DNA from: an uncultured Thermoplasmata archaeon
GTDB lineage: Archaea > Thermoplasmatota > Thermoplasmata > Lutacidiplasmatales > UBA184
Length of the DNA stretch: 64,000 nucleotides
Direction: 5' to 3'
Assembly (NCBI GenBank): GCA_963713145.1
Contig: CAVQKI010000003.1
Span: 96,532 to 160,531, forward strand
Both the position numbers and the translations under genes were made by a program. The number at the start of each line of letters is the position of its first letter. The first letter of the stretch is position 1. Shown here piece after piece: positions 61,026-64,000 of this stretch. The notes beneath the pieces were generated by a model. It was not told where the DNA came from. It searched no databases and saw nothing but the letters and a program-made list of their open reading frames with translations.

Positions 61026-62408
61026 TCATTCCGCCCGTCCCGGGGCCTGTTCAGGGCCCTCGCTCGAAGGTCGATCCGGCGATACGCCCAACGCCACCAC
61101 CCGAAGACCCGCCCGGGTCCGGACCGTGCGGGAGATCTCTCGGCGAAGGTCGACCAGGGTTGGCGTGCGCATCCGGTCGCGTCCAGCGCGCCGGCCACTG
61201 CCGGTACTGGGGCCAGTCGGTCTGGAGGACCGCCAGGTCGGCTCCCTTCAGCGCACCCTCTACCGAAGGGCAGAACGAGACGCGGGACGACCTGCCCGAG
61301 GCGCGGCCCAGCTCCCGTCGGAAGTTCGACTAGTGCTTCCGGGTCGTGGAGTCGCACGCGGGCGCCTCCCTGGAGCAGGGCTTTCACGAGCGGCAACGCG
61401 CGGGACTCCCGAACGTCGTCGGTCCCCGCCTTGAACGCAACTCCGAGCACCGTCACCGTCCTGTTGCGAAGCGTCCCGGCCGTCCTTCGCACGAGGTCGA
61501 TGGCGTGCACCATCTGGTCTGAGTTGATCGCGAGGGCGTTCTCCCCCGAACGAAACCTCACCCCGAGCTCGTCTGCGCGCGCGACCATCGCCCGGAGGTC
61601 CTTGCGGAAGCAGCTTCCACCGAAGCCTGGCCCCGCGCGAAGGAACTCCGTGCCGATCCGGGGGTCCGCGCCGACCGCATCCATCACCCTGTCCACGTTC
61701 CCGTCCAGCCGCTCCGTCAGGCGGCCGATCTCGTTCGCGAACGACACCTTCAGCGCGAGGAAGGCGTTGGAAGCATACTTGACCAGTTCCGCGGCGGATG
61801 GCGAGAGTTCGAAGACGGGGGCATCGAACCTCCGGTACAGCCCGACCAACCAGCGGACCGCCTGGGGGTCCGAGGCCCCGAGCACGATCCTCTGCGGATG
61901 GAGAGTGTCGTGGACCATCCTCCCCTCCGACAGGAACTCCGGGTTGAAGACGACGCCCAGGTCCCGGGCGGACTTTCCCGAGGACCGGCGGAGCAGCGGC
62001 TCCACGACGCCCTGCGTCGTGCCGGGGACCACCGTGCTCTTCACGACGACGACCCGGTAGCCCTTGACCGGGCCCAGCGCTCGGCCCAGCTCCGCGACTC
62101 CCCTGCGCAACGGTGCCAGGTCGATCGTTCCTCCCGGGCTTCGAGGGGGTGGGCAGGCAGACGAACACGACCTGGGCCCGCTCGGCAAGGTCCTCGACCC
62201 GGTCGAGAACGACAAAGCGCCCCCGCCGGGCCTCCTGGCGGACCAGCGCGCCCAGCCCCTTCTCGTGGTAGGGGCTTCGTCCCGCCTCGAGCTCGGCGCG
62301 AACCCGTGGGTTGACGTCGTAGGCGAAGACCCGGAAGCCCTGGTGGGCGAACGCCACACCCGTCGCGAGGCCCATGTACCCGGCCCCGAGGATGCCGACG
62401 CGGCGCAC
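61026..62408 (-). CDS. ugd: UDP-glucose 6-dehydrogenase, three apparent frameshifts
   Basis: MRRVGILGAGYMGL...VFVCLPTPS (ORF 61260..62408), then GGTIDLAPL...GFGGSCFRKD...VLGVAFKAGTDDVRES (ORF 60197..62503), then VSFCPSVEGALKGADLAVLQTDWPQYRQ, then MRTPTLVDLRRE...stop at 61026-61028 in other frames. Confidence 0.8.
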
Positions 62409-62662
62409 GGTCGCCGGGCCGCGCGCCGGACGTGGCGGCGCGTCGGAACGGCGGGGCTGCGCGTGTCGTCATCTGCCTCGCCGGCGACACCAGCCAGCCC
62501 CATTCATATCTTCGCACGGGCGCGCGGGCCCTCCGCGACGTTGGGCGGTGGGCTTAATCGTCCAGCGGCGTGCGCGCCGGCGTGCCGTCGCTCGGCGTCT
62601 CCCGGACCCACTGGCCCGTGGTCGCGTGGATCCGGCTCCGTCTCCCGGCACGGCCGGCCCCC

Positions 62663-62961
62663 ATGCTCCTCATGCCCGGCCCGCCCCCGGCGCCGGATCC
62701 CCGCTCGACGTGCTCGCGCCCAACCCGATCACGACCGACCCCCGAAAGCGCGTGTTCGCCTACGAGGAAGAGCACGAGGACTGGGTCGTCCGGCTCGTTT
62801 GGGACGCCGACGATCCGGAGCTGCTCGAGGCGGAATGCCGCGCCCCCCTCTACGGGCAACGCCTCTCGAAGACCGACGTCCCGAAGTTCTGGGCCGCGGT
62901 GAAGGCCCTCATCGCCCCCCTCGGACCTCTGCCGGTCGAGTCCGCCGACCCCCGACCCTGA
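62663..62961 (+). CDS. hypothetical small protein; start uncertain
   Basis: The C-terminal ~85 codons of ORF 62374..62961 (NPITTDPRKRVFAYEEEHEDWVVRLVWDADDPELLEAE...) look coding with G/C-rich third positions. No family recognised. Confidence 0.35.
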
Positions 62962-63006
62962 CCGTCGGACCGATACGATAAGAGGCGTACACCGCTCCCG
63001 CGCGCC

Positions 63007-63811
63007 GTGCTCCGGGCGACGTTCCAGCATCTTCCCGGGTTCGGGCCGGGCGCCGAGGTCGAGCTCTGGCGGAGCGGCGTCCGCGACTGGTCGGAGCTCC
63101 TGAGCGCCGCTACGACCCGGTCGCTGCCCGACAGCTCTCGCTCCCGGATCGAGCGCGAGGTGGCGGCCAGCGAGCGTGCCCTCTCCGAGCGCGACGTCGC
63201 CTGGTTCGGGCGCCGCCTGCCCGAGAGGGAGCACTGGCGGCTCTATCCCGAGTTCGAGCGGGAGACCTCCTACCTCGACATCGAGACGACCGGCCTCTCG
63301 CCCTACGGCGGGATCGTCACGGTGGCGAGCGTCTACGGCCGGGGGGAGACCCGGACGTTCCTCGCCGGCGAGGATCTCGAGGAGCTACCCGCGTACCTCG
63401 GGCAGTTCCCGGTGCTCGTGACGTTCAACGGCAGCCGGTTCGATGTCCCGTTCCTGAGGGCCGTCTTCCCCACGATGGCCGCCCCGCCCGTCCACATCGA
63501 TCTTCGTTTCCTGCTCTACCGGCTCGGGATCTCGGGCGGGCTCAAGCGGATCGAGTCCACGCTGGGGTTGGGCGACCGGTCGGGCGTGGAAGGGATCGAT
63601 GGCCTTCAGGCCGTCCGCCTATGGCAGGAGTACCGCCGCGGGAACCGGTCCGCCCTCGAGACGCTCGTACCGGTACAATCGTGCCGACACCACGAACCTC
63701 GAGCCGCTGCTCCGCCTCTCGGTGGACAGGCTCTCGTCGCGCCTGCTGCGGGCCGACGGCCCCGGGGAAGCGGCCGTCACGGCTGGAGCCGCCTCCCGAG
63801 CGGGAGCGTGA
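63007..63811 (+). CDS. RNase H-like (YprB/DEDD-type) exonuclease domain protein, apparent frameshift near 63670
   Basis: SYLDIETTGLSP and VTFNGSRFDVPFL motifs. The C-terminus RYNRADTTNLEPLLRL lies in ORF 63599..63811. Confidence 0.65.
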
Positions 63812-63817
63812 ACGAGG

Positions 63818-64000
63818 GTGGCTCCCGACCCTGAGATCGCGGTCGTGGTCCACGCCTACGAGCGCAGGGCGTTCCTTCCGTTCGCGCTCCGGTCGCTCTC
63901 AGCCCAGACCCTGCGGCGCGACCGGTTCGAGGTCCTCGTCACGAAGAGCTTCGACGACCCGGAGATCGACCGTGCGATCGCGGCGCTGGGAGCGACCTCG
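63818..64000 (+). CDS. family 2 glycosyltransferase, 3' end outside window
   Basis: A GTG at 63818 opens VAPDPEIAVVVHAYERRAFLPFALRSLSAQTLRRDRFEVLVTKSFDDPEIDRAI, a typical GT2 N-terminus. It is not in the ORF track because it is truncated by the window end. Confidence 0.55.
   Translation, partial: MAPDPEIAVVVHAYERRAFLPFALRSLSAQTLRRDRFEVLVTKSFDDPEIDRAIAALGATS

Noticed and set aside
60197-62503. A 768-aa ORF that looks like a UDP-glucose dehydrogenase / SDR fusion protein.
   Set aside because: The ugd C-terminus is found in two other frames and ends at a stop at 61026-61028. The SDR has its own plausible GTG start (~60925). The link region is Arg/Pro-rich nonsense. This is a read-through created by frame breaks, not a fusion.

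Overview
This is a GC-rich segment of an archaeal chromosome (roughly two-thirds G+C by eye, not computed). It is densely packed with housekeeping genes on both strands.

Archaeal identity rests on these genes: RNA polymerase subunits Rpo7/E' and Rpo11/L, Spt4, TFS, Alba, ribosomal proteins S24e and S27ae, type II GAPDH, archaeal-type ProRS and AsnRS, ArcS, Trm5, KptA and a Hef-like helicase. A 23S rRNA gene stands alone, with no 16S or 5S gene next to it. Together with the gene content this suggests a Thermoplasmatota-like lineage (inference only).

I support about 70 protein genes, five tRNAs, one 23S rRNA, one truncated IS630-family transposase relic and one 84-bp in-frame tandem repeat. 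The tRNAs are Val-TAC, Leu-GAG, Arg-CCG, Asn-GTT and Met/Ile2-CAT. There is no CRISPR array.

The dominant technical signal is about thirty single-nucleotide frame breaks inside otherwise well-conserved genes. These are most simply explained as uncorrected assembly indels. As a result, many ORF-track entries are fragments or read-through fusions, and long Arg/Pro/Gly-rich antisense ORFs are artefacts.

I did not find a clear-cut new multi-gene system. The best candidates for follow-up are:
- a tRNA-Asn with an apparent ~32-nt intron in the T-loop;
- an S24e gene carrying a His/Lys/Pro/Glu-rich tandem-repeat tail;
- an IscA/HesB paralogue with poly-Gly/Cys expansions around its cluster ligands;
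- a tandem pair made of a STAND-like ATPase-TPR gene and an ATPase-less TPR paralogue;
- a small neighbourhood of a class II amidotransferase, an unknown-domain/nucleotidyltransferase fusion, a stand-alone Cas4-like nuclease and a radical SAM enzyme;
- a nucleotide-sugar cluster with a C-methyltransferase directly downstream of the 23S rRNA.

All functional calls are family-level recognition from the translated ORFs. No database search was run.
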